64,000 bases of DNA from a virus, in the IMG/VR virus record IMGVR_UViG_3300044591_001745, positions 21,201-85,200 of that record. One strand, written 5' to 3'. Each line of letters begins with the position of its first letter. The first letter of the stretch is position 1. The notes under the pieces were generated by a model. The model was given only the letters and a program-made list of their open reading frames with translations. It did no database searches and was not told the DNA's origin. The translations under genes and the position numbers were made by a program. Positions 1 to 11,021 of the stretch are shown one piece after another.

Positions 1-1
1 T

Positions 2-88
2 ATCAGACAATAACTCAAAAGATGGAGCAAGATATGCTGGGTCTACGCTTGTTCCCTGAGATAATGTATAAGTAGCATTAATTTTCAT
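2..88 (-). CDS. 5' end of a hypothetical (probably virion) protein, truncated by the window edge
   Basis: ATG at 88, five nt after the stop of the 94..1296 gene; open frame MKINATYTLSQGTSVDPAYLAPSFELLSD runs off the window. Confidence 0.6.
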   Translation of the reverse strand, partial: MKINATYTLSQGTSVDPAYLAPSFELLSD

Positions 89-93
89 TATAT

Positions 94-1263
94 TTACTCC
101 ACCGATCTAACTATAGGTTGTGATAGCCTAAATGTAGGGGACTGAGGAGGCGAGTCACAATCAACATATATGCTTAAAATATCTTTATCAATATTTGTAG
201 CACCAATATTTAATGAAGATACTATTGTAAAAATATTATTATTTGTATTATTAACAAATTTTACCTTAGCATAAATTGAACGATTAGGCAGTTGATTTTT
301 ATTTAAATAGAAGTCTTGATTTACAAATATAACATTTGTATCTTCAGAATCTAAATGAACGTGGTAGTCTGTATTTTTTTTAAGATTTGTGAGGTTTATA
401 ACCACGGAAACTATAGCTGTATAGTCTTCTTTGCATGTGCCGGGTTTTTGATCTAGTCTTATGGCCTTAACATTATTGTCTATAAAATTTACTTCCTGCT
501 TGTTGATATTAAAACATTGTTCAATATCAAATGCTATTCTTTCGAATTTAGTTGATGTAGGAGTGCTTCCTGTAGAATACCATACAAAAGGAAGGGTTTG
601 GTCTTGTCTGGGAATAACAATATATCCCTCTTCTCTTTTCAAATAAGAAATTTGATTCAGAACATCGTTTATGCGAACGTGTCTATTAGAGATGTATGCG
701 CCATTACTAGTTGTTGTATAAATTTTATCTATTTTAGTAAATAGGTTGGTTAGGTCTTCTAAAAATATCCATTCATCATTTTGAGTAATATAGGCTCCTT
801 TACCATCAATCCATACATAGACATTATTAGGCAATACCGATATAGGCTCAACAAATATATTTGGTTTAGGAAATACTACTTCTATTTTAGTTTCTGTACC
901 TTCTTTGGAAACTTTACCTCCGGATAAAGTTATTACTGGTGCCGAAGTATATCCAGCGCCCTCGTTGGTTATTTTAATAGATTGAATAGTTTTAGGATCG
1001 CTATTTAAAGTTACAGTTGCTGTGGCTCCTTTGCCGCCCCCTCCAGTTATAGTTACTGAAGGGGCTTCGCTATACTCTACTGTTCCTAATGTAATTTTTA
1101 GATTATTATCAGATAAAGGAACTCCAACATCTTTTATGACAAAATCAGTTAGGCCACGAGGAGTAGACGAAGCATCAAGAATATAGGAAAATTTTAATGG
1201 CCTATCTTCACCAGTATATTCAACAATTTGTATGCTTTTTGATATGATTTCTTCGGTTAGCAT
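94..1263 (-). CDS. Putative virion structural/tail-tip protein with Gly-rich beta repeat (APSVTITGGGGKGATATV...ITNEGAGYTSAPVITLSGG)
   Basis: ORF track 94..1296; ATG at 1263 (MLTEEII) preceded by AGG is a better start; the GxGYTSAPxVTI motif is typical of phage baseplate/structural proteins. Confidence 0.6.
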   Translation of the reverse strand: MLTEEIISKSIQIVEYTGEDRPLKFSYILDASSTPRGLTDFVIKDVGVPLSDNNLKITLGTVEYSEAPSVTITGGGGKGATATVTLNSDPKTIQSIKITNEGAGYTSAPVITLSGGKVSKEGTETKIEVVFPKPNIFVEPISVLPNNVYVWIDGKGAYITQNDEWIFLEDLTNLFTKIDKIYTTTSNGAYISNRHVRINDVLNQISYLKREEGYIVIPRQDQTLPFVWYSTGSTPTSTKFERIAFDIEQCFNINKQEVNFIDNNVKAIRLDQKPGTCKEDYTAIVSVVINLTNLKKNTDYHVHLDSEDTNVIFVNQDFYLNKNQLPNRSIYAKVKFVNNTNNNIFTIVSSLNIGATNIDKDILSIYVDCDSPPQSPTFRLSQPIVRSVE

Positions 1264-1315
1264 TATAATATGGCCTATATTAAAAAATTTGTGCAACTAC
1301 AATTAGTATACCCCA

Positions 1316-2872
1316 TTAGATGGGAGAAGCTGTTGGAGTAGGTGTTCGTTTAGGATACGTAATTCTTGCGTTTGTTGGTGTTGGTGTTGGCGTGGGATCG
1401 GGTTCACAGTAATTTTCATCACAAATACTTAATGTAATATAAGCTATAGATGAAATATTAGTATTCAAATTTGTTAGTTTAACATACACAGTAGAGCGTA
1501 CTTTGTGCTCTGTGGAAAAATATGTTCCAAATTTTTGTGTAAATTTACCAGTTGACAAGTATCCAACTTGTGGTTCAAAAAATTGATCATTTTGACCATC
1601 TGTATCTCTAGGAGATAGTTCTCCTTTATCAAATAATCCAAATTCATAATAATAGTCACCATCCAGCAATAATGATGATGCTGTGACCGATAGATATCTC
1701 TTAACACATCCTTCACATTCGTCTACTTTGAGATAATTACCATCATCAAATGCAACGCTATGAATTGCGGGAGTCGGAGTGACAGTGGGGGTTGGTTGAG
1801 GCATATTAATAACTTTAGTGAGATTGAAACAATAATTATCTTCAGAAACTACTACTCCTGTAGTAGCATCTGTTAGTTTAAAGAATATATCATAATGTCC
1901 ATTATAAGTAATGTTAATAATATGATTAATATATGATGAATCTGGCAAGCTGGCGACAGTTTGTTTTTTGGTTTCAATAACATACTTTTTATTTTTGATT
2001 GAATATTCTGATTTGTGTAATTTATCCAAACCAAGATATCCATTGTATACATATAGATCATCAATTGTATATTCAGAATTGACAATCCAAACTATAGAGC
2101 CCTCGCGCAATCCTCCAAACTTATTAGAAGCTACTGTTGATGATGATAATTGAAACTGAGATGGCCCACCAATAGTTTTTGGAGGAGAAGCAAAGTCAGA
2201 CTTAATAAGATTGATTTTTGCAGCAACATCTACGTATTCTGGATCTGGGCAGCCTATTATATCAAGCTCCAAGATATAATCTTTAGGGTCTGACGATGCT
2301 CCAAGTCTTGAAGTCAAGACCACAGGTTGATATGTTTTAGAATTTAGATTTAAAGAATATGCTGGTTCATTATGATCCGCATCTTCTACTGTCAATCCAA
2401 GATTAATAAAATTATGTTTAGTAATATTGCGGTCTACAACAATAGACGGTAACACATCATCATTGTATGTATACCAGACTAATGGTAATTGTGCTTGTGT
2501 TTTACAAACAATTATAACTCCTTGTCCCGGCATGATGCTATGTAGTTGATTTAATGAATTACCTGGCCCAAAAAAGCCTCGATATGATACTTCTCCATCT
2601 TTATCATCTATGGCATAAATCTTATCTACTGCATTTAAAAAGGCTGATTGATATCTAACTAAATTAGTTCCATTAAATAAATATAAGCCGTTTTCTTTCA
2701 CATCGGTTTGATTGTTTAAAAGAACCAAATCATTCGTTACAAAAGTAGCAAAATTACCAGCTACTAAATCAATATTTTTATCATATGTATAATCCGCAGA
2801 TAGTCTAAATGGCTCTGAACCTTTATATTTTGTAATTAATCTTGGTTTACTAATATAGTGTGTTTGTAACAT
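1316..2872 (-). CDS. Putative virion structural protein with Pro-Thr linkers
   Basis: 518-aa ORF; PTPTVTPTP and PTPTPTPT tracts; VLLNNQTDVKENGLY motif resembles the RVLVKDQSTASQNGIY fibre motif. Confidence 0.6.
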   Translation of the reverse strand: MLQTHYISKPRLITKYKGSEPFRLSADYTYDKNIDLVAGNFATFVTNDLVLLNNQTDVKENGLYLFNGTNLVRYQSAFLNAVDKIYAIDDKDGEVSYRGFFGPGNSLNQLHSIMPGQGVIIVCKTQAQLPLVWYTYNDDVLPSIVVDRNITKHNFINLGLTVEDADHNEPAYSLNLNSKTYQPVVLTSRLGASSDPKDYILELDIIGCPDPEYVDVAAKINLIKSDFASPPKTIGGPSQFQLSSSTVASNKFGGLREGSIVWIVNSEYTIDDLYVYNGYLGLDKLHKSEYSIKNKKYVIETKKQTVASLPDSSYINHIINITYNGHYDIFFKLTDATTGVVVSEDNYCFNLTKVINMPQPTPTVTPTPAIHSVAFDDGNYLKVDECEGCVKRYLSVTASSLLLDGDYYYEFGLFDKGELSPRDTDGQNDQFFEPQVGYLSTGKFTQKFGTYFSTEHKVRSTVYVKLTNLNTNISSIAYITLSICDENYCEPDPTPTPTPTNARITYPKRTPTPTASPI

Positions 2873-2873
2873 A

Positions 2874-3524
2874 TTATGCAGCTTCTATTTTAAGGAGACC
2901 TAATGATTGATTATTGTATAATCCAGCCTTGAAGTTTCCAACTAGCGCTTTGAAGCCCGTAGAGTCTTTGAGAATAAATTCGAAATTACTGTCCATATAA
3001 TCTCCTACGATAGTAACTCTTGCTATTTCTGTAAACGTTGTGTTTGGCGATGGCGCATAAGAGAATGAGAAAGAGATAGGAAATCCTTGATTTATAGTTG
3101 TCAAAGGATTAAATCTTAATTCGTTTTCTTTATTAGTTGACAAAGTAATGCCAAATAACGACGAGGAGAATATCTTGTCTGGATATGTTTCTGGTACAGA
3201 AATAACTGCCGCAAATGTAGATGGTGCTGGCTTGCCTACGCAGACCATAGTCCCAGGATAATATACAACTTGACCAGAAACTAACTTGGTATATAAATTG
3301 CCGGTCATAGCATTAAGAACCAATTCTCCAACGGCAAGATCATCTGGACATGGATGATTGAGGGTGGTTTCGTCTCTCTTTAAGATAATTCTATTGGCAA
3401 ATGGGACAAATCCTTGTGCTACAGGAACATAGTCCGGTAGCGGTGGTGCAGTAGGTGGCTGTGGTTGAGTAGGGTTGCTGTTGTCGAACTTGGGAACTAT
3501 ATTTGTATATTTTGTAAATGGCAT
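2874..3524 (-). CDS. Putative tail fibre-associated protein
   Basis: 216 aa; RIILKR...P..L.VGEL.LN..TG.LY.K is a common N-terminal attachment motif of phage fibres; AGGTGA SD-like sequence upstream. Confidence 0.55.
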   Translation of the reverse strand: MPFTKYTNIVPKFDNSNPTQPQPPTAPPLPDYVPVAQGFVPFANRIILKRDETTLNHPCPDDLAVGELVLNAMTGNLYTKLVSGQVVYYPGTMVCVGKPAPSTFAAVISVPETYPDKIFSSSLFGITLSTNKENELRFNPLTTINQGFPISFSFSYAPSPNTTFTEIARVTIVGDYMDSNFEFILKDSTGFKALVGNFKAGLYNNQSLGLLKIEAA

Positions 3525-3536
3525 AATATCACCTAA

Positions 3537-6500
3537 TTATTGTCCAGGGGTGGGTTGTGGTTCAACACATACGTTAGTGTTACTATTGCACGAGCCCCTA
3601 AACTGAACTACTCCTCCATCAATACTATTAAATCTATTCAATGTGTCAACATGCATTTGTTGAGCATAAACAGTTCCATACATACTAAAGTTTGCAAAGA
3701 TTGGCTGCAATTTTTCTGGATTAGAGGCGCTAATCGGTAGCTCTGGCTTATCTCTGTATTTAACCAGAGATAACGGACGAGGCATATCATTATTAAAGAC
3801 TAAATGTTTAGTAACGCTATTATTATTATTTAATGCTACTACGTCTACATAGCCAAGATTACTGCCAGAGACCAGTCCATTATCGCTGTATAACAATGAT
3901 TGATTTTTAATGATAACATTATTATTTTGGTCTTTTTCTCCCAACATTAAGCCATCAGTATATGTCAAACCTCTAATCGAAAAATCTGCATAAAGCGGCA
4001 CTTTATCCTCTGCCGTGACTACAACACCGCCTCCAACAACATCAACTTTCTTAGCTAGCTGTCTCTTAATAACTCTAAACTTGAAGTTACCATTACTGAT
4101 TACTCCTCCTGTGCTTCTTATTATGTTCCCAATTTTATCTTCAATCATACCAAGGTTAATAGCTTTGAAAGAAATTGTGATTACTTTATCGTCTATAGTC
4201 TGCACACTAGCTTTGATATCCTGATTATTATCATAAATAATCTCTATCACATCGCCAGTAACTACGTCTATATTGTCTTCGGCAACAGTTAATGTGTTGT
4301 CTTCTTCATCATATGAACCGTCTAGATATTGCCCATTAACATTATAGTTATAGTATAAAGAACTATTAATATTTTTTTCTAAAGACGGGCCTATATTATT
4401 AATACTTCTGGTTTCATATCCATATATGAAAGGCTTGTTGCTGTTAATCTGTATACTATTAGTTGTTGTATCTGCGTATAATAAAGTTGGCACCGCAGTA
4501 CCTGACTTGGCTCCGTTAATAGCAAAATTAGTAAATTTACCATTTGCATTAAATGTTGTATCAATAAATTCTCTATTGCTAATAACAATATCAGGATTTG
4601 TACCGGGGAAGTTAAATGTCAAATATCCACCGATACTCTGAGAAATTATGGCAACATTACGTAATTCATTGCTAGAGTCTAATAGATATGATGCTTCAGA
4701 GACATTCGTTAATAGTTTATCTAAAACGACACTAGTTCTCGAATATCTACCATTGATTGGTTCAGTCAATGCAACAGTATAAAGCCCTATGACTCTTGCT
4801 CTTTCTATGGTAGACGTGCGGACAATTTGATTCTGAACTGTTGTATCATACTTATAGTAAATACGAACTATATCATTGATATTGAATCTGCGAGTAGCGT
4901 CACCATCAATGACTACTTCTGTCGTTCCAGACTCTGGATTAACATCTACAATTCCCGCAAGGGCATTAGTATATCCATAATAGAATAGGTTCTCTGTACC
5001 ATCAATATTCATTTCGTTAGGATTGGTTGGCAGAGATGACTCATTGAAATCATTACTGAAATTGTCTGTTCTATTAGGCAAAGGATTCTTTGCGAATAAT
5101 AAGCTATTACGAGTTACTCCACGTAATCTTAGTACCGGATTGGCTATGGTAGTTTCATTAGAAACATTAACCGTGTCTCTGTATAGTCTAGCGCTATCTG
5201 ACTCTAGTCCTTCTAGTCCTAGATTCCCAACAGAACTAATTGGGTCGAGCACCCCCTCCGTTAGAACAACAGTAGAATCAGATGTTGACTGGGATGATAA
5301 TGTATCATTTGTTGTTACTGTACCACCTAATGGTGTCCATGTGGCAAAACCGTATGCATCGGACATCAATACCATGCCTGATGTAGTTTCATATATTGGT
5401 TTGCCTTGACTATCTACAGCTTCTACTAATTTCCCTTCATTGTTGGTAGTGTAAGCTCTGCGGAAACCTTGACCTATTCTAATACCGCTGGCTCCTATCC
5501 ATCCTCTTACGGTCAAATCAGCAAAATTTATACCGCTTTGTATTGGATCGCAAGGTTCACAATCAGCAGCTATTTTTGTTGGAATCCAAGCCGGTCTATC
5601 TGTATGAATCATAAACGATCCATTAGATGCATTAAAATAGAATGCTGGAACAGTTGTTAAGAACGGGAAGTTGGAGTCTTCTCTACCTAGTCCTGTTTTC
5701 TTCCACGAAACATACTGAGAAACATCGCCAAACAAGAACTTAGAAACTTTATCTTGTGGATACTTGGATCCTGTACCATAAATAACAAAATCTACTTCTT
5801 CTCTGTTCAAATTAAAGGCTGTCGGAACAGTTCTTTGAATAGTAGAATATCTGAAATCAATTGGCTTGGAACCTTGTCCTCCTGTAGTATCAGAAGGATC
5901 ATAATACCACCAGCTTTGATATGTCCTACTGATACTGACTCCGGGAACAGGAGCTGCCGTACCTCCTGACATCGGCCTTATGACATCATATTGAGCACCA
6001 ACTAATTCTTCGTCATATGGAGCCATATATGGAGAAACTAGCTCATCATAATTATACTTATACTTTGGTCTCAAATAACTATTTTGACCAGCAAGATCCT
6101 TTTTAGGAATTGTAGATAATACGATTTGAGGGGCAGATACTCCACCAGGAAATAGTTTATTATCGACATCAACATCCTCGCCCCTATCTAGTTGTACGGG
6201 TTGTGATAGTTCTGCTTTTCTTCTGCCGATAACAAATAACGACTGCTGGGCCTGTCCAGCTTTTTCTAGATTTAGTCTAAGGTTTGAGCTACTAGAAGCT
6301 AAAGCTAAATCAGCAGATGGTGTGCTGTATGCTGTGGATTCTGGTATAAAATATAGTGCATTATATTGACGAGGAATAAAATGACTATCATCAGAAATTT
6401 TCTTTTCTTTAGCTAGATCTATTAGTCTTTGAATATAATCTATCTTACCAGGATTAACCTGTGGAAGTCTCTGTACCTCTTCTAGAGGATAGCCCATTAC

Positions 6501-9500
6501 TGAACGTCTATGCTCATCAAGAGTCATGATAGCATACTTATCAACATTCATGTATTGGTCAAAAATTAATCCACTTCTACTGACATTACATCCTGATGGC
6601 TCATATGTGTATGTATTAACTTGCCACTCTTTATTTTGTACAATAGTTGATAAACTAATTGGTTGTACTTTTCCACCAGTAGCTGGGGTGCCACTATAAT
6701 ATACTAATGTTCCGGGATATCCGCTAACATCCACCCTGACACCAGCGACCCATTCGGCGTTACCTTCAGAATCGTAAGAAGATAAGAAATATCCAGGAGC
6801 TGCACCGCTACTCATTTGTAGATTTGATGCATAGACGCCGCTGGTTATAACAGAATCGGTTGATTTAATTATACCAGCCACGTCTAAATGATAGGATGGA
6901 TAGCTTTTGTTAATACCGATGTATCCGCTTCCATTTGAAATAATAGATAATACAGGCTCTTTCTCTGTACTGTTGTTAAGAACATGTAAAGAATTATCAA
7001 TAGTATCTGCATTAAATATTAATCCTCTTAGATAAACACCAGTACCTATTTTTTCTCCTACTGTTGTTACCGTTTCTGGAGGAGTAACATTGGGATCAAC
7101 TACTATAGATGATGATGCATCTTTTTTGCCTCCCAAGTCAAAAATTTTGATAATGTTTTGATCATATCCTATCTTGATAGAATTAGGATCTGCATTCCTA
7201 ATATCAAAACCAATAGCTCCCTGGAATAGTCCTGAAGCATCTGGATATAAAGGCTCAATGCCTACAACTGTACCATTAGCATTTTTAATGAATCTTAAAG
7301 GATGATATGTTTGATTATTATGTCCCACTAACAATCCAGATACTGCTACAACATCTTTAGGATTCTTCCAATCGATACCCATTTGATTAGAATTACCCAT
7401 AACTACGCTGTACGGAGAACCGATAACTAAATTACCACTACCAGCTATAACGGTAGAACCGTCTATTTTATGCTGAATGGTAAATTGTAACGTCTCTGGA
7501 GTTTGTGTTGGGAAATAGTTTTCAATAAATTGATTGATGGAAACTGGATTAACTAAAACTTCTTGTTGATTAATGGTTACTGTATTATCAAAAAATACAG
7601 CCTTAAAGCCATTAACAATTTTTGGATCATTGGTAATTCTGCCAATATATGTTGATAAAGGTATATCATTATAATACAGTTGGACAGATGCCTGATTGCC
7701 GCTTGAGAACTGCCAAGTCACATCGTTGTCTAATAATAAGCACTGATAAGCTAGACTATAATATCCACTGCCAGTTGGGTTGCTTGAATAACCTGTAAAG
7801 TCTAGTCTGTTTTTTGTGTCATAAATATCAGAGATGTCACCTAGTTCACGTTGACCTTTTCCTAGTACGGTATTTCCTCTTCCAACAACAGAGGAATCTC
7901 CGTTCATCAATTGGTTGTCATTACCAAAAACATCAGTATCTCCTGCGCTTACATTATTTATACCAAATATATTATTTTGAAAGCCTATACCAATATTATT
8001 TTGTCCTAATGTATTAGCTCCAGATAATCCTCCTACATTATCAAAACCAATATTTACTATGTTATTAAAACCACTACCCGCAAATCTTTGACTAATAACT
8101 ATAGAATTATCTCCTCCATAAATATTATCGCTGCCTATGATAGTATTATTATATCCGCTGATAGAATTATTATGTCCAACAACAACTCCAGAAAAACCTA
8201 TAATATCATTTTCATTACCTATAACAGATACTGGTCTAGAATAATTGTTGATAACTTCTTGCTGTTTAGTTTGAGATAAGATAATAACAGAATTATTATT
8301 TGTAGATAATGCCGCTACCGGCTGTATAATCAAATCCGTATCGCTATCGTTTGGAATGTATACTGACTGTATTACTCCGGATCCCAAAAGGGTCCCGTCA
8401 TTTCCATAGTATAAAATAGTATCACTAACTCTATAGTTATTAATTTGAGTAGCAAAATCTACTCCTACAAATTTAGTTCCATTATCCGATACATTAAAAC
8501 TAACAGATGGGAGCGTAAAGTTATAACGATTTTGTATAGTATTGTTTGTTCCAACCAACAGATTATGCAGTGTTCCTGATGATAGTGAATTATTTTGTCC
8601 AAAAAGATTAGCATAATAAAAATCAGATTCATCTAAGGTATTTTTGGCCCCATAAATAGTAGTATTTGACAGCTCTCCAGAAACTGATGTATTAGAACTA
8701 ACAATCACATTTCCAGAGCCAGATATTTGATTATTATTACCTAGTAAGAAGTTATCATTGCCTTCAGATACTAAATTGCTACCCACAGAAATAGATGAGT
8801 TGCCACTGCTAACAATGTTTGTGCCGAATACAAGATTATTGATTCCCGATGATTGTAAATCTGAACCATGCAGTATGCTATTAAGGCCTGTGGCTATAAT
8901 ACTATTGCCAGAAAGAACATTATTTTCTCCACTAGCATTTATGTTGGAGCCAATAACTGTATTTTCTATTCCATAGATGGTATTGTTGGTTCCAACTATT
9001 GTTGACAGTGTTTGTATTCCAAAATTACGATTGCCGATAACCACACCACTGATAGATGTTAATTCATTATTATTCCCGATAATAACGCTATCCAAAGTAC
9101 CTGAACCAATAGTATTTAATGAACCATTTAACATTAATGCCCTAATACCGCTTCCCGCATTACGATTACCGAATACTACGACTCCGCTCGCGTCAAATGT
9201 GTTAACATTGCCAATAACTGTAGAATAGTCTGGTCTAAAGTTAGTATTGATAATATCAGAAATAGACTGTGTACGAATATTATTGAAATTACCAAAAACA
9301 GATAAATTATTGCCACTGGCATTACTGTTACTGCCAATAGCGATTAAATTATTACCAGATATGGTGCTATCACTACCGATGATAAAATTAGCATTGCCAA
9401 AATAACCCACAGCAACATTATCTTCAACCTTTATCCAGTTTGTTGTTTGCGCAATATAGTACCCATTTATTGTAGAGTTATTAGTAACCTGTACAATGTC

Positions 9501-11003
9501 TCCAGCTTGTAGATCATCTAGATCATTCCACTCCAAACCAGACAGAGTACTTATATTGGGTTCCGATAGAGTATATCTCACACTATTTTTGATAAAATCA
9601 ACACTATTATCAGAACCGATAACATATACATTGCTAACACTATCTATAGTATTATTGTTGCCTAATACTTTGCCTCCAGACATAGATATGAGTTCATTAT
9701 TCTTGCCTATAACAGCAGAATCTATAGATTTCTTGATGTCGTTATTACCGATAACTAAATTTGCTAAATCAAGAGAGGTCACATTGTATGGAGAACCAGA
9801 AACATCAACATTAACCAAAAATTGTCCACTAGAAACTCCTTTATTTGGATTCAAAATTTTAGATTGAACCTGAGCATAGTTAACAACATTTCTATTACTA
9901 TTTCTAGCAGACATATTAAAGCTGCCACCGACACTCCCAACCTGAGGCACAACATCAGGATTATTAAATAATGTTAAGGCCACTCCAGCAGCGCCGCAGT
10001 TGCCTTCGAAAACAGCACATCTGCCAACCATATGGAAATTAGGTGACGATTCATACAATGGTAAGCTTTGAGTATTTATAGATACTTTACCGTCTTTAGT
10101 TAGGGCAAAAAAGTTTCCATTATTCAGCCTAATGTAAAACGGATAGATTCCAGAAGCCTTGTTCTGAGAAGCGCTAACCACCAGATCAGCATTAAGGACA
10201 TTATTAGTATCTCCGAAATATAATGTCTTAGAAGGATCATCCCAATATACTTTCCCTCCAGATATAGATCCGGCATTATTAAATTGTACTGCTTTATTTA
10301 ATCCTCCAACAAAAGAAGCTGTTCCTTCACCACCAAATAATTCTGTAGAAAATAATTTATACCATTGTCCACCAGATGTTCCCACCAATTCCACATATGT
10401 ACCTACTCCTGTTACAGAAATAGACGATACGGTATTATTGCTATTTAGAACAATAGAGTCAGTGCCAGAAGCGGCTATTGTTAATGAGTCTAATCCATTA
10501 TATTTACTAGATAATAAAAATCCATACTTGACATTTTCTGTTAATATATTTGCTAATGGCAATCTTACGGTTCCATTACCACTTAACGAAATGATATAAT
10601 CTGATGTTTGTAATTCAGGAGTAAATAATGCTGTATTCGGTTTAAGCAGTAGCTGGTTAGCAGAAACGCTATGGTTGATAGATATGTCGTTGAATACTGA
10701 AGCTTCGGCGTATACTCCAGAATTAAGTGTCCCATACTTTGAAATGGTGCGTTCAACTTCGAGAGATCGTACGCCAAATTCATTAATAACATATCTAGCT
10801 ATAACAACTGCAAAAGCCGACTGTGCCGTTTGTTGTAGTTTTACATACAGCCTATCGTTATTAGTAACATTATTTAAAAATGGCTTGTAGCCAGATAGTT
10901 CTAAACCAGATTGTGTAAACGAAACGTTAGTGGGGTTGTTGGACGAATCCAATGAAACTATTCCAAGTTCTCCAACTAAATCATAAAATTTGATAATGCT
11001 CAT
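3537..11003 (-). CDS. Large tail-tip/adhesin-like protein with GxxN beta-roll (YadA-head-like) repeats
   Basis: 2,488 aa directly downstream of the tape measure gene; long runs of (V/I)(V/I)GxxN repeats and IGIN..P...LDV.G fibre motifs. Confidence 0.7.
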   Translation of the reverse strand: MSIIKFYDLVGELGIVSLDSSNNPTNVSFTQSGLELSGYKPFLNNVTNNDRLYVKLQQTAQSAFAVVIARYVINEFGVRSLEVERTISKYGTLNSGVYAEASVFNDISINHSVSANQLLLKPNTALFTPELQTSDYIISLSGNGTVRLPLANILTENVKYGFLLSSKYNGLDSLTIAASGTDSIVLNSNNTVSSISVTGVGTYVELVGTSGGQWYKLFSTELFGGEGTASFVGGLNKAVQFNNAGSISGGKVYWDDPSKTLYFGDTNNVLNADLVVSASQNKASGIYPFYIRLNNGNFFALTKDGKVSINTQSLPLYESSPNFHMVGRCAVFEGNCGAAGVALTLFNNPDVVPQVGSVGGSFNMSARNSNRNVVNYAQVQSKILNPNKGVSSGQFLVNVDVSGSPYNVTSLDLANLVIGNNDIKKSIDSAVIGKNNELISMSGGKVLGNNNTIDSVSNVYVIGSDNSVDFIKNSVRYTLSEPNISTLSGLEWNDLDDLQAGDIVQVTNNSTINGYYIAQTTNWIKVEDNVAVGYFGNANFIIGSDSTISGNNLIAIGSNSNASGNNLSVFGNFNNIRTQSISDIINTNFRPDYSTVIGNVNTFDASGVVVFGNRNAGSGIRALMLNGSLNTIGSGTLDSVIIGNNNELTSISGVVIGNRNFGIQTLSTIVGTNNTIYGIENTVIGSNINASGENNVLSGNSIIATGLNSILHGSDLQSSGINNLVFGTNIVSSGNSSISVGSNLVSEGNDNFLLGNNNQISGSGNVIVSSNTSVSGELSNTTIYGAKNTLDESDFYYANLFGQNNSLSSGTLHNLLVGTNNTIQNRYNFTLPSVSFNVSDNGTKFVGVDFATQINNYRVSDTILYYGNDGTLLGSGVIQSVYIPNDSDTDLIIQPVAALSTNNNSVIILSQTKQQEVINNYSRPVSVIGNENDIIGFSGVVVGHNNSISGYNNTIIGSDNIYGGDNSIVISQRFAGSGFNNIVNIGFDNVGGLSGANTLGQNNIGIGFQNNIFGINNVSAGDTDVFGNDNQLMNGDSSVVGRGNTVLGKGQRELGDISDIYDTKNRLDFTGYSSNPTGSGYYSLAYQCLLLDNDVTWQFSSGNQASVQLYYNDIPLSTYIGRITNDPKIVNGFKAVFFDNTVTINQQEVLVNPVSINQFIENYFPTQTPETLQFTIQHKIDGSTVIAGSGNLVIGSPYSVVMGNSNQMGIDWKNPKDVVAVSGLLVGHNNQTYHPLRFIKNANGTVVGIEPLYPDASGLFQGAIGFDIRNADPNSIKIGYDQNIIKIFDLGGKKDASSSIVVDPNVTPPETVTTVGEKIGTGVYLRGLIFNADTIDNSLHVLNNSTEKEPVLSIISNGSGYIGINKSYPSYHLDVAGIIKSTDSVITSGVYASNLQMSSGAAPGYFLSSYDSEGNAEWVAGVRVDVSGYPGTLVYYSGTPATGGKVQPISLSTIVQNKEWQVNTYTYEPSGCNVSRSGLIFDQYMNVDKYAIMTLDEHRRSVMGYPLEEVQRLPQVNPGKIDYIQRLIDLAKEKKISDDSHFIPRQYNALYFIPESTAYSTPSADLALASSSSNLRLNLEKAGQAQQSLFVIGRRKAELSQPVQLDRGEDVDVDNKLFPGGVSAPQIVLSTIPKKDLAGQNSYLRPKYKYNYDELVSPYMAPYDEELVGAQYDVIRPMSGGTAAPVPGVSISRTYQSWWYYDPSDTTGGQGSKPIDFRYSTIQRTVPTAFNLNREEVDFVIYGTGSKYPQDKVSKFLFGDVSQYVSWKKTGLGREDSNFPFLTTVPAFYFNASNGSFMIHTDRPAWIPTKIAADCEPCDPIQSGINFADLTVRGWIGASGIRIGQGFRRAYTTNNEGKLVEAVDSQGKPIYETTSGMVLMSDAYGFATWTPLGGTVTTNDTLSSQSTSDSTVVLTEGVLDPISSVGNLGLEGLESDSARLYRDTVNVSNETTIANPVLRLRGVTRNSLLFAKNPLPNRTDNFSNDFNESSLPTNPNEMNIDGTENLFYYGYTNALAGIVDVNPESGTTEVVIDGDATRRFNINDIVRIYYKYDTTVQNQIVRTSTIERARVIGLYTVALTEPINGRYSRTSVVLDKLLTNVSEASYLLDSSNELRNVAIISQSIGGYLTFNFPGTNPDIVISNREFIDTTFNANGKFTNFAINGAKSGTAVPTLLYADTTTNSIQINSNKPFIYGYETRSINNIGPSLEKNINSSLYYNYNVNGQYLDGSYDEEDNTLTVAEDNIDVVTGDVIEIIYDNNQDIKASVQTIDDKVITISFKAINLGMIEDKIGNIIRSTGGVISNGNFKFRVIKRQLAKKVDVVGGGVVVTAEDKVPLYADFSIRGLTYTDGLMLGEKDQNNNVIIKNQSLLYSDNGLVSGSNLGYVDVVALNNNNSVTKHLVFNNDMPRPLSLVKYRDKPELPISASNPEKLQPIFANFSMYGTVYAQQMHVDTLNRFNSIDGGVVQFRGSCNSNTNVCVEPQPTPGQ

Positions 11004-11021
11004 ATTATTAAACTTTCAATA

